DNA of 64,000 bases from a virus: the IMG/VR virus record IMGVR_UViG_3300025035_000013, positions 24,627-88,626 of that record. One strand, given 5' to 3'. A program made the translations under genes and the position numbers. The notes beneath the pieces are model-generated. The model was not told where the DNA came from and did not search any database. It worked only from the letters and a program-made list of their open reading frames with translations. This document shows positions 32,396 to 41,780 of the stretch, piece after piece; the stretch's first letter is position 1, and each line of letters begins with the position of its first letter.

Positions 32396-33784
32396 TTAGT
32401 CGAAATTTATGCTGGCAAAGTCATGTGTTTTCTTGGATTTGCCGAATAACTCATCATCTGTAATGCCTTGGTCGGAGACTGTTTGTTGTTGGGATTCTTC
32501 TACATCAGATAATTTAAATTTCCTTATATCAACACCAATGAGGAATTTGTTATAATAATTTATGTCATTGTATCTACTCTTCAACTGTTTAATCATCAGC
32601 TGATTCATTTTGTCCAATTCTTCGGTGCGTATAATACCTATGAAGAAATCTAAAGATGCCGGCAAACCAAACGATTCCGATGTATCTGTCATACTGAAAT
32701 CCGAATCATTGAATCCTGTTCTGGTAAGTTGAGTGGCCGTCCAGCCAACACAGTTATATTCCACCATCAATCCTCTTAGTTCTTCTGCGATTGCTTTGAT
32801 AGCAAAATAAGAATTGTAATTGCTGCTCTTATATTTCTGTGATGCACAAATATTGATATAATCAATACAAATAACATCTGGGAGAAAATTCTTTTTGAGT
32901 TTCAGTTCTTCCAATAATGCCCTAAAGTGCCCAACATGAGCACCACCAGTAGGGTATTCTTTAATTATTAGTTGTCCACGAGTCTTGGATTTAATGCCAG
33001 TAACTCCATCGATAAAATCATCTTTGTTCAATCTACCTAAATTATCAACATCGATGTCAAGTAGATTGCAGTCTATGCGTTCTGCTATCTTTTCTTGCGC
33101 CATCTCCAGCGTGACATACAACACATTGAAGCCTTGACTTAATGATGTTGCTGCCATATCACACAGGAAAAGTGATTTACCTACCCCTACCCCTGCTAGA
33201 ACAGCGTTTAGTGTCTTGCGAGGAATACCATTCTTAGTAACTTTATTAAAATACGACAGTCTGAATGGAATCTTATCTTCTTTTAAATGATAAAAATCAA
33301 AACGAGATTCCATATCATCAAAGAAGTCATGCCCTACACTATTATCAAATGATACCGCCAGTGCATCTTGCATCAAGGATGGCATAGCTTCCACTGACAA
33401 TTTTGAGTCTTTCCCATCCATTGCTTGAATTGTAGTCATGACAGCATTATAGAATGCTTTATCTTTACAAAACTTCTCTGTCCTGCCGATGAGCCAGTCT
33501 ACATTTTCTTCTTTGCCGTTCAATTCCTTCACAAACAATTCTGCTTGAATATATTCTTCTTGAGTAAAAGAAGAATATTCCTTTGATAATAATCCTAAAA
33601 TCTTTTGATTAGGTGCTTTATTATGTTTTTCAGCAAATACGGTAATGAATTTGAACAGTGTCTTTTCTATTTTTGTACTAAAATATTCCTCTTTTAAATG
33701 AGGAAATACTTTCCTAAAATAATCATCATTATTAATCAAATTTTCCAATACAATATTTTCAATTTTTAATTCCATCAGTACCAC
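32396..33784 (-). CDS. gp41: replicative helicase (T4 gp41)
   Basis: AGVGVGKS Walker A, TLEM, IKEYPT, IDY, TATQLTR, ESFGLP. Confidence 0.95.
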   Translation of the reverse strand: MVLMELKIENIVLENLINNDDYFRKVFPHLKEEYFSTKIEKTLFKFITVFAEKHNKAPNQKILGLLSKEYSSFTQEEYIQAELFVKELNGKEENVDWLIGRTEKFCKDKAFYNAVMTTIQAMDGKDSKLSVEAMPSLMQDALAVSFDNSVGHDFFDDMESRFDFYHLKEDKIPFRLSYFNKVTKNGIPRKTLNAVLAGVGVGKSLFLCDMAATSLSQGFNVLYVTLEMAQEKIAERIDCNLLDIDVDNLGRLNKDDFIDGVTGIKSKTRGQLIIKEYPTGGAHVGHFRALLEELKLKKNFLPDVICIDYINICASQKYKSSNYNSYFAIKAIAEELRGLMVEYNCVGWTATQLTRTGFNDSDFSMTDTSESFGLPASLDFFIGIIRTEELDKMNQLMIKQLKSRYNDINYYNKFLIGVDIRKFKLSDVEESQQQTVSDQGITDDELFGKSKKTHDFASINFD

Positions 33785-34052
33785 CAGTGTAAATTACTTC
33801 GTTAGCATTCAATTGTTCAATAAGAATATCTTTTAATATATCTCCTGTCAACTTTTCAAATTCTTCTGTTGAATTTTTATCAATTTCACCTTCGAACACA
33901 TCATATACAAATGATAATTTGGCGGCATCTTCTATTTCCTCAACTGCTACTCTGCCATAAGCAAACGTAATGCCACTGAATTTACCATCGGTGATTTGAA
34001 TAGGGCAAACACCAGTAGAGGTCGGTTCGCGCACTTTATATAGTTTTGTCAT
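33759..34052 (-). CDS. head vertex assembly chaperone-like protein (gp40 position)
   Basis: Between uvsX and gp41 as in T4; I--G-F-G----YG-V pattern. Confidence 0.5.
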   Translation of the reverse strand: MTKLYKVREPTSTGVCPIQITDGKFSGITFAYGRVAVEEIEDAAKLSFVYDVFEGEIDKNSTEEFEKLTGDILKDILIEQLNANEVIYTGGTDGIKN

Positions 34053-34563
34053 CTTTCACCTCCGCGTTCATTGGATTAACTGACAATTGAAATTTATTTT
34101 TCACGAATTTATAGAAATCTGGATTAGATAAAATCGGCGCCCAAAATGTTTTATTATGAGTATCTGCTTCTCTGACTTTCTTTTCATCCAATATCTCACC
34201 AGTATTTTTATCTACTCTTATATACCAACCATTAGAAGGTTTTTGAACAAACCCGCTTTCTAATGCAAGTTCAAGTAAACCAGAATACTTATCAATACCA
34301 CCATCGAACATAACCTGAAACTGAAGTTTGCTTTTTTCTTTCACGAATCTCGATTTTTCAATGTTGATTGTAAAATTATAACCTACCACCTCTGTTCCCG
34401 CCTTTTCTTGAGACCTGCCGATGATGAAAATCTGATTTGAGGAATAGTAGAGGCCCGTATTGTGTGTAACAATACCATTTTCAAGAATATAATGCTCAAC
34501 ATCTTCCACAGATATATCATATACTGGTTTAATCCCAACATTCTCTATCTTTATTAATTTCAT
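34036..34563 (-). CDS. uvsX: split-intein C fragment (35 aa) fused to the UvsX C-extein
   Basis: MKLIKIE...VYDISVE--EHYILENGIVTHN|TGLYYSSNQIFIIGR; own GGAG RBS. Confidence 0.9.
   Translation of the reverse strand: MKLIKIENVGIKPVYDISVEDVEHYILENGIVTHNTGLYYSSNQIFIIGRSQEKAGTEVVGYNFTINIEKSRFVKEKSKLQFQVMFDGGIDKYSGLLELALESGFVQKPSNGWYIRVDKNTGEILDEKKVREADTHNKTFWAPILSNPDFYKFVKNKFQLSVNPMNAEVKDDKTI
34459..34563 (-). mobile_element. split intein IntC
   Basis: Block F (VYDISV) and block G (THN) followed by Thr+1. Confidence 0.9.
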
Positions 34564-34676
34564 TTTCTTTTCTCCATGTCTATTTTGTTATTCTGCCTCG
34601 GTAATAGTATTTGCCGCTGCTACACTCCTTGATTATTTTCACCCTATTTTAACTGCCCCTCTGTAGAGGATGTCAA

Positions 34677-35582
34677 TCATCTAACCACAAAAATATGATT
34701 TTCTGTGAGATTTTTTGCTTCTACCCACCCCTCCGATGTTAAAAATGGATGATTTTCTGAAACTGTTACTGAATAACCATCATCAAATGTAAATCTAATA
34801 CATTCTGGGGTTCCGTGTAACAACGTATCTGGATTCCATGTATGTGTTACTTTTTTAGGCCCATTTAATGTATTCACCATATCTCCTACATTAATAGATT
34901 CAATAGTCTTCTTTTGACCGTCCGCCATTTCTAACTGTGTGCCTGCAAGCAAACACCCACCACTAACGACCGTCCGCGCGAACGGTCCCACTTCGGCATA
35001 TACGTGGTTGACTGCAATACATGGCAAATCTTTTACTGTCAGGTGTGGAGTAATAATACGAAACAAACTCTTAAGTGATTTAGCTCGAGTCATATCAGCT
35101 ACTGACTTTTCATTTTCTGCATCTTCAACTTCTTTCTTCGACGCAAGATTGCCAATAGAATCGATAAAAATGATTACCTTATCACCTTTTTTAATTTCTG
35201 CTAGGCGCTTTGTGATGTCAAATTTTAATTGTTCGATGTGTTCAAGTGGAATATGTAATACTCGTTCTGTGTCAATTCCATGCGATAACATATATTCAGG
35301 AGTAATGCCGAACTCAGAATCATAAAATAAACATACGGCCTCTTTATATTTCTTCATGTATGAACTTACACAAACAAGACCAAGATTAGATTTGAAGTGT
35401 TTTGAAGGTCCTGCAAGAATTGTAAGACCTGATACTATCCCACCATCAAGTATACCGCTAAATGCTACGTTGATAATAGGGATATTTGTTTGAACTAAAT
35501 CTTTTGGAGCAAAGAAACTTGATGCTGCTACTGTTTCTGCTTTAATTGAACCTACTGCTTTAAGTTTGTCTAATAGACTCAT
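34677..35582 (-). CDS. uvsX: UvsX/RecA recombinase N-extein fused to split-intein N fragment
   Basis: GPSKHFKS, FYDSEFG, IDSIGNL, NHVY; then GG|CLLAGT intein block A. Confidence 0.92.
   Translation of the reverse strand: MSLLDKLKAVGSIKAETVAASSFFAPKDLVQTNIPIINVAFSGILDGGIVSGLTILAGPSKHFKSNLGLVCVSSYMKKYKEAVCLFYDSEFGITPEYMLSHGIDTERVLHIPLEHIEQLKFDITKRLAEIKKGDKVIIFIDSIGNLASKKEVEDAENEKSVADMTRAKSLKSLFRIITPHLTVKDLPCIAVNHVYAEVGPFARTVVSGGCLLAGTQLEMADGQKKTIESINVGDMVNTLNGPKKVTHTWNPDTLLHGTPECIRFTFDDGYSVTVSENHPFLTSEGWVEAKNLTENHIFVVR
34680..34955 (-). mobile_element. split intein IntN (92 aa)
   Basis: Block A CLLAGTQL, block B TVSENHPFLT, GWVEA; ends at a TGA stop. Confidence 0.9.
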
Positions 35583-35646
35583 GTATTTCTCCTTTCATTT
35601 ACGACTTTTGATTTGTGCATGGAGTCGGATACCATGCAATTATTTA

Positions 35647-36639
35647 TCAGTCAAAAAATGATTCTAATGAACTTTCTTCTCTCAATTTCCAGCCAGCACA
35701 ATCTGTCAATGATTTCATTGCATTTTCTACTGTCTTCTCAAACTGCGTATCATAATCTAAGTATCCATGCAGTTTAAATTCAGGAGGCAAATCAATATTA
35801 GAAGGAAAGCCTATTACGTTTTGTCTAATTGGATTTGGCATCTTCAAATATAAGAATTTTATTTTGTCCCCATTTTGAATTTGTTGATATTGTTTGAATT
35901 TAACTGCATTCATATTGAACAGACAGGCTGCCCTTACATGCATAGGTACTGTCATGCCGGTTCTAATTGCATTATTTGCAAAATATTTGCCAATATCACT
36001 CACTCCCCGCGGGAATGCTACTTCACTAGGCGGCAATGTTTTGAATTCTTTCTCCAGTTCCAAAAATCTCTTTCGTAGAGTATATTCATCTGATTCAAAC
36101 ATCAACTGTAATAATTCTTTTAATTTATTTCTGCACCATTTAGGGGTAGACGACCTTACAATCTCAATTCCCATTACTTTAAGTTTAGGTGGATTGTATG
36201 CAACCCCTTCGGAGTTATATACATACATTGCGTAGTTCTTTTTTGCTCGATATAACATCTTTGACGCAATTGCTTCTCTCTTACTTCCCATTATTTTATC
36301 ATAAGCATTCATTTTATCAAAAATCACACTGACGCTATTATTGATAATTGGTTGACATATTTTATTAGCGAAATCATCCAAAAATTTAACAACATCACCT
36401 GTCGATTTGTTTGACGCAAATTTATCTACAATTCTCTGACAATTAATAATCACAGAGTCAGTGTCGCCTGCAATAATATAATCTACATCTTTTGTTTCTA
36501 ATATTTTATTGAAATTCATATTCAACAAATTTGCCAAATGGATGTCTGATAGTTGACCAGTAAGTGTAATCGCCTCAGCCATGCGATAATCATAATAATG
36601 GAACCCCTCATTGCCAATGCTGCCGAATGCAGAATTCGC
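35647..36639 (-). CDS. gp43: DNA polymerase gp43B, exon 2
   Basis: ANSAFGSIGN (motif B), AGDTDS (motif C), KKNYA, G-EIVRSSTP, C-terminal SLESFF clamp-binding motif. Confidence 0.92.
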   Translation of the reverse strand, partial: ANSAFGSIGNEGFHYYDYRMAEAITLTGQLSDIHLANLLNMNFNKILETKDVDYIIAGDTDSVIINCQRIVDKFASNKSTGDVVKFLDDFANKICQPIINNSVSVIFDKMNAYDKIMGSKREAIASKMLYRAKKNYAMYVYNSEGVAYNPPKLKVMGIEIVRSSTPKWCRNKLKELLQLMFESDEYTLRKRFLELEKEFKTLPPSEVAFPRGVSDIGKYFANNAIRTGMTVPMHVRAACLFNMNAVKFKQYQQIQNGDKIKFLYLKMPNPIRQNVIGFPSNIDLPPEFKLHGYLDYDTQFEKTVENAMKSLTDCAGWKLREESSLESFFD

Positions 36640-36879
36640 CTTTTGTGTTTAAATGAAGTCGTTAATTTCATCCCATATAGCTGCATATTACTATGCAGAA
36701 CAGACTATCTCTTCACCTTCACAGGTGCTATGCGCTTCGAGTCACTTGACCCTACGGCTTTCGCCTAGTCGTTACACCTTCCCATATTAGGGCTTGGCTC
36801 GGTATTGTCCCAATTTGGGATGTTCACCGAATTCACATAGTTTTCAATTACAAATTTCTTTGTATTGCGCCCACGATTA
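36640..36879 (-). mobile_element. group I self-splicing intron, 240 nt, no homing endonuclease
   Basis: U|TAA 5' junction, terminal G; P GAATTCGGTGAA, Q AATACCGAGCCAAG, R AACGACTA, S GAAGAGATAGTCTG; P3 CTATGTG/CGCATAG; removal restores KIA-ANSAFG. Confidence 0.9.
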
Positions 36880-36984
36880 AGCGATTTTCAATGCAAGTTG
36901 TTTATTTTTTAATGCTGCTATTTTTGCTCTACTACTATTTCTCAATTCTAAAAGCTCGTCTAAAGTCATTTCTGAATAATTCAT
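36880..36984 (-). CDS. gp43: DNA polymerase gp43B, exon 1 (35 codons)
   Basis: MNYSEMTLDELL...KQLALKIA; AGGA RBS. Confidence 0.85.
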
Positions 36985-37015
36985 ATGTTTCCTTTCTAAT
37001 GATTATTGCCAATCT

Positions 37016-38512
37016 CTACGGTCGCGCTGCGCGTTCACTTATTTCCCTTTCTATAATTTGATATTCCGATTCTAGTCGAAGCATTTCTTTTTTAGCTATT
37101 GCACGACCAGTCATACAATATTCCATCAATTCTGCTAGAAATCCTTTTTTGGATTTATCATACATTGTACCATTTGCAGCAATTGTATGATTGATTGATT
37201 TTGCATAATCAATGGCAGCAATAGCATCTGCATCATTATCCAAGAAATTTCTTGCTCTAATATCATATTCCGGTGCTCTAAATGTCTCCGGCGATATGTT
37301 CCATTGACGAATAACAGAAGGATATAGGGATGAGAAGTCGAAAGACATACACCATCCATACATGCCCTGTATACCGTCTTTCACCCATGCACCTTCTACA
37401 TCCCCCCTCAATCCATTTTTTCGAGGCGGAACTGCAATCTTTTTCTTATTCAAGTGATGATAGATGAATGCTTCCCATGGAGCAACAGTGCGATATACAT
37501 CTCCTAGATTGCAATGATACATATATGCCATAGCAAAAGCAAGTTCAATCAACTTCATCTTGTCTTCTAATTTCTTAACAAGAATTGAGTCTATCGCATT
37601 ATATCTCACGAAAGTGTCGAAGTGGTTTACGTAAGAATCTCTGAATGACACCCCTGGTAATTCAAGTTTTGTTTCGCCAAGTTCTTCTTGGGCAATAAAT
37701 CCTAATGCGTACGATTCTTTCGATGAATATGTGCCGAATTTCTTATAGAGTTCAAGATAATCCAAGTCTATGATACCATAAATCTCATACGTCTGAATTT
37801 CTTTTCCACGGATATTAACCATCTTTTCACGAATATAATTGAATGGCGATAGCCGTTTAACTTGTGTCTCATCAAATAGTAGTTTGATTCGATTAATCAT
37901 ATATGGTATATCGAATCCTGATGTATTCCACCCCGTCCAAACATCTGGTTTTGTTGCAATCTGAAATTCGATAAAAAACTTTAATAGTTCTTTCTCAGTA
38001 TCAAATTTTTTATATATAAAGGCATCAGACTCAACTTTATCAAACTCTTTTAATCCTAATACGACCGTTTTATCTGTTATATTATCGTGTATAGATATGA
38101 GAACAATCGGAATGCGCGCTGCCTGAATATCAGGAAAACCTTCTTCGGAATCCTCATCTACTGTTTCGATGTCTATCGTGTGAATTTTTACATGTGATAT
38201 ATCATATTCAATATCTCCTGGAAATTTTGAATTTATATATTGAAGGTTCCACTTAGTCATGCCATGAAGTTCAATCCCATGGACATCCTTATACATTTCT
38301 ACATAATCTTTTGCTTCTCGGATATTATTGAATTGAATTGGTTCGAGTGGGGTGTTTTTGTATAAATCATTCCAAGATTTTTCGTCTCTATTTTTTGTGG
38401 AAACGAATAATGTAGGGCCAAAATCAATCTTTTCGATTATTTGTCGGCCCTTATCATATCCTCTATATAATATAGAATTACCAAGAGTTTGGCAATAAGT
38501 GTAAAATTTCAT
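37016..38512 (-). CDS. gp43: DNA polymerase gp43A (exonuclease plus N-terminal polymerase half)
   Basis: IDIE, TGWN--GFD-PY, YN--D, motif A SFDFSSLYPS; ends in the fingers helix. Confidence 0.92.
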   Translation of the reverse strand: MKFYTYCQTLGNSILYRGYDKGRQIIEKIDFGPTLFVSTKNRDEKSWNDLYKNTPLEPIQFNNIREAKDYVEMYKDVHGIELHGMTKWNLQYINSKFPGDIEYDISHVKIHTIDIETVDEDSEEGFPDIQAARIPIVLISIHDNITDKTVVLGLKEFDKVESDAFIYKKFDTEKELLKFFIEFQIATKPDVWTGWNTSGFDIPYMINRIKLLFDETQVKRLSPFNYIREKMVNIRGKEIQTYEIYGIIDLDYLELYKKFGTYSSKESYALGFIAQEELGETKLELPGVSFRDSYVNHFDTFVRYNAIDSILVKKLEDKMKLIELAFAMAYMYHCNLGDVYRTVAPWEAFIYHHLNKKKIAVPPRKNGLRGDVEGAWVKDGIQGMYGWCMSFDFSSLYPSVIRQWNISPETFRAPEYDIRARNFLDNDADAIAAIDYAKSINHTIAANGTMYDKSKKGFLAELMEYCMTGRAIAKKEMLRLESEYQIIEREISERAARP

Positions 38513-38607
38513 AATTATCTCCCTGTTATTATTTTAAACCATGTCAAGCCAACAATCAAATTATTTTGATTTGTGAATCTTTGGAGGAAGAATAATAACT
38601 CAATTAC

Positions 38608-39171
38608 TCACAGCCCATTATCTTTGAAATGCTTATTGATTACTTCAAATGCAACAGGCGTATAATTATTCCTTTCTACAGATACGTTGAAGTACTTAGG
38701 GTCGTCGATTTCAGTCCAGACCGGTGAACCATGTTCTAAAGAAAATAATTGCTTCTTCACAGTTCCAGAATGTAAATGCCCATGCACGTTACTCCTCCAC
38801 CTGCTTAGACTTCCTGGGTGGATTGGAATGTGGCTCAAATGAATCCTGTCTAGCATGTGACAAGACCTAACATCTTTAAAGTACTGATTATAAGCTGACA
38901 TCTTCAAACTATCGTGATTTCCTTTAATGAGGACTTTTGCGCCATTCAATCTTGGCATGACATTATGAAAGTGAGTAGCACCAAAACACACATCTCCCAA
39001 GAAATAAACTGTATCATTTGGCCCAACAACTGAATTATGATTATTAACCATAGTCTCGTCCATCTCTTCACACGAGTCAAATGTCCTCAAATTTGAACCA
39101 TCCTCGTTTAAAAATGAGAGGATGTTACAATGGCCAAAGTGTTGGTCTGCAATTAGAAAAGTGTCACTCAT
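38608..39171 (-). CDS. calcineurin-like phosphoesterase
   Basis: D-HFGH, LGD, KGNHD, SH-P, HGH-H. Confidence 0.85.
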   Translation of the reverse strand: MSDTFLIADQHFGHCNILSFLNEDGSNLRTFDSCEEMDETMVNNHNSVVGPNDTVYFLGDVCFGATHFHNVMPRLNGAKVLIKGNHDSLKMSAYNQYFKDVRSCHMLDRIHLSHIPIHPGSLSRWRSNVHGHLHSGTVKKQLFSLEHGSPVWTEIDDPKYFNVSVERNNYTPVAFEVINKHFKDNGL

Positions 39172-39775
39172 TTATTGCTCCTTTTGTAATCTCTTTTATT
39201 ACTTTTGTTATGTCGCTTTGAAACTCATCTATTGTACCATTATTGAAAATTACAAAATCGATGTACTTTTCATCTAACGTGATATTGGACGCGTGATTGA
39301 CTGCTCCGTTTATTTTATTATCAGAATCGAATTTATTATCGTCGCGAATAATATGGACAATAAATCCCCCCAAATCTTTTACTCTTTTAGCCTCATTCTC
39401 AAAACGTAAATCAGTATTGACAACAGATTGTCCTTTATTCCATGCATGCTCTATTCCTTCTTGGGCCAAATCGACCCATACGGAATCTTTAATTAATACT
39501 CTGCCCCATTCAGTACCTAGAGTTTGCGCCATGTATCTGATACTTCGCTCAAATTTATAATGGGCGGAATTTTTGATATTTGGGTTCTCAATGTCTTCCA
39601 TCGGGATATTGAACATCGCCGAGAGTCCTCGTTTAATTGGGGCGGCAAATGATACTTTTGACCAATTACCACCATCTCGGATAAGATGATTTGCAAATGT
39701 GTCTTTACCAGACCCAGGTAAACCGTGGCAAGCAATGAGAATATGGGGCAATTTATCTTTATTATCAGCGCACAA
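39164..39775 (-). CDS. deoxynucleoside monophosphate kinase (gp1-like)
   Basis: G--GSGKDT, SFA-PIK, Q-LGTE-GR, D-RF-NE, H-S. Confidence 0.85.
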   Translation of the reverse strand: MCADNKDKLPHILIACHGLPGSGKDTFANHLIRDGGNWSKVSFAAPIKRGLSAMFNIPMEDIENPNIKNSAHYKFERSIRYMAQTLGTEWGRVLIKDSVWVDLAQEGIEHAWNKGQSVVNTDLRFENEAKRVKDLGGFIVHIIRDDNKFDSDNKINGAVNHASNITLDEKYIDFVIFNNGTIDEFQSDITKVIKEITKGAINE

Positions 39776-39804
39776 AATTTCTACCCCCAGCTAGAAATTT
39801 CATT

Positions 39805-40182
39805 TTATTCCTTTACAATCTTCACTTTAAAACCAAGTAGGTTTTCGATGTCAGCAACAGACAATTCCTTTACAGGATGCATCTTTGCATTGAATTCTGC
39901 TTCGGTACATATTACACCATTCAGATACCAGAAATTGTCTCCATTAGCAAATTCAATCGCCGGGCCGTCTTCATGCCGCAGTTTATCGTTCAGATACCAG
40001 TGTTTATCTCCATTAGCAAATTCAATCGCCGGGCCGTCTTCTCGATGGCGTTTACCGTTCAGGTACCAGTATTTGTTTCCGTCGACATATTCAGCAGCAG
40101 GGCCGTCTTCACGGTGCAATTTACCGTTCAGGTACCAATAAATGTCGCCATTATCATGAACCTTAACTTCGTATGTTTTCAT
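39805..40182 (-). CDS. HREDGPA repeat protein, copy D (3 repeats plus ELSVADIE tail)
   Basis: Repeat units visible in the translation. Confidence 0.85.
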   Translation of the reverse strand: MKTYEVKVHDNGDIYWYLNGKLHREDGPAAEYVDGNKYWYLNGKRHREDGPAIEFANGDKHWYLNDKLRHEDGPAIEFANGDNFWYLNGVICTEAEFNAKMHPVKELSVADIENLLGFKVKIVKE

Positions 40183-40183
40183 T

Positions 40184-40630
40184 TTATTCCTTTACAATCT
40201 TCACTTTATACCCAAGTAGCTTTTCGATGTCAGCAACAGACAATTCTTTTTCTGGATTGAGCATTGCATTAAATTCTGCTTCGGTGTATCTTATATCATC
40301 TAGATACCAGTATTTGTTTCCGTCGACATATTCAATCGCCGGGCCGTCTTCACGATGGCATTTACCGTTCAGATACCAGAATTTATCTCCATTGGCGTAT
40401 TCAGCAGCAGGGCCGTCTTCACGATGCAGTTTACCATTCAAAAACCAATGTTTGTTTCCATTAGCAAGTTCTACTGCAGGGCCGTCTTCACGATGCAGTT
40501 TACCATCTTTGAACCAGATTTTGTTTCCATTGGCAAGTTCAATTGCAGGGCCGTCTTCACGATGCAATTCACAATTCAGATACCAATAAATGCCGCCATC
40601 ATCATTAATCTTGATTTCGTATGGTTTCAT
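40184..40630 (-). CDS. HREDGPA repeat protein, copy E (4 repeats plus tail)
   Basis: Repeat units visible. Confidence 0.85.
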   Translation of the reverse strand: MKPYEIKINDDGGIYWYLNCELHREDGPAIELANGNKIWFKDGKLHREDGPAVELANGNKHWFLNGKLHREDGPAAEYANGDKFWYLNGKCHREDGPAIEYVDGNKYWYLDDIRYTEAEFNAMLNPEKELSVADIEKLLGYKVKIVKE

Positions 40631-40870
40631 CTATTCCTTTACAATTTTCACTTTAAAACCGAGTAGGTTTTCGATGTCAGCAACAGACAATTCCTTCACA
40701 GGATGCATCTTTACATTGAATTCTGCTTCGGTGCATTCTACCCCATTCAGACACCAATGTTTATCTCCAGTAGCATATTCAATCGCCGGGCCGGCTTCAC
40801 TGTGAAGTTTACCATTCAGATACCAGAATTTGGTGCCATTACCATGAACCTTGACTTCGTATGTTTTCAT
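40631..40870 (-). CDS. HREDGPA repeat protein, copy F (1 repeat plus tail)
   Basis: MKTYEV start at 40870. Confidence 0.8.
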   Translation of the reverse strand: MKTYEVKVHGNGTKFWYLNGKLHSEAGPAIEYATGDKHWCLNGVECTEAEFNVKMHPVKELSVADIENLLGFKVKIVKE

Positions 40871-40871
40871 T

Positions 40872-41387
40872 TTAGTCCTTAACAATTTTCACGTTATACC
40901 CAAGTAGGTTTTCGATGTCAGCAACAGACAATTCCTTCACAGGATGCATCTTTGCATTGAATTCTGCTTCGGTGTATTCTAAACCATTCAGATACCAGAA
41001 TTTATCTCCATTGGAAAGTTCTATGGCAGGGCCGGCTTCACGATGGCATTTACCATTCAGATACCAGAATTTGGAACCATCAGCATATTCAGCAGCAGGA
41101 CCGTCTTCACGATGGCGTGTATCGTTCAGATACCAGTATTTGTTTCCATTAGCAAGTTCAACAGCAGGGCCGTCCTCACGATGGCGTTTACCGTTCAGGC
41201 ACCAGAATTTGTTTCCATTGGCACTTTCAATCGCAGGACCGTCTTCACGGTGGCGCTTATCGTTCAGATACCAATATTTGTTTCCATTAGCAAGTTCAAC
41301 AGCCGGACCGTCCTCACGATGTTGTTTACCATTCATGTACCAGAATTTGTCACCATTGTCTTGCACTTTAACTTCGTATGTTTTCAT
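40872..41387 (-). CDS. HREDGPA repeat protein, copy G (5 repeats plus tail)
   Basis: Repeat units visible. Confidence 0.85.
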   Translation of the reverse strand: MKTYEVKVQDNGDKFWYMNGKQHREDGPAVELANGNKYWYLNDKRHREDGPAIESANGNKFWCLNGKRHREDGPAVELANGNKYWYLNDTRHREDGPAAEYADGSKFWYLNGKCHREAGPAIELSNGDKFWYLNGLEYTEAEFNAKMHPVKELSVADIENLLGYNVKIVKD

Positions 41388-41388
41388 T

Positions 41389-41766
41389 TTATTCCTTTAC
41401 AATCTTCACTTTATACCCAAGTAGGTTTTCGATGTCAGCAACAGACAATTCCTTCACAGGATGCATCTTTGCATTGAATTCTGCTTCGGTGTATTCTAAA
41501 CCATTCAGATACCAGAATTTATCTCCATTGGAAAGTTCTATGGCAGGGCCGGCTTCACGATGGCATTTACCATTCAGATACCAGAATTTGGAACCATCAG
41601 CATATTCAGCAGCAGGACCGTCTTCACGATGGCGTGTATCGTTCAGATACCAGTATTTGTTTCCATTAGCAAGTTCAACAGCAGGGCCGTCTTCACGATG
41701 GTGTTCACCATTCAGGTACCAGTGGGTGGTGCCATTACCATGAACCTTGACTTCGTATGTTTTCAT
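41389..41766 (-). CDS. HREDGPA repeat protein, copy H (3 repeats plus tail)
   Basis: 3' 281 bp identical to copy G. Confidence 0.85.
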   Translation of the reverse strand: MKTYEVKVHGNGTTHWYLNGEHHREDGPAVELANGNKYWYLNDTRHREDGPAAEYADGSKFWYLNGKCHREAGPAIELSNGDKFWYLNGLEYTEAEFNAKMHPVKELSVADIENLLGYKVKIVKE

Positions 41767-41780
41767 TTTGTTTTATCCAA

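Noticed and set aside
37016-37050. Split intein at the gp43A/gp43B boundary
   Set aside because: No Cys/Ser block A at the end of gp43A and no His-Asn block G at the start of gp43B
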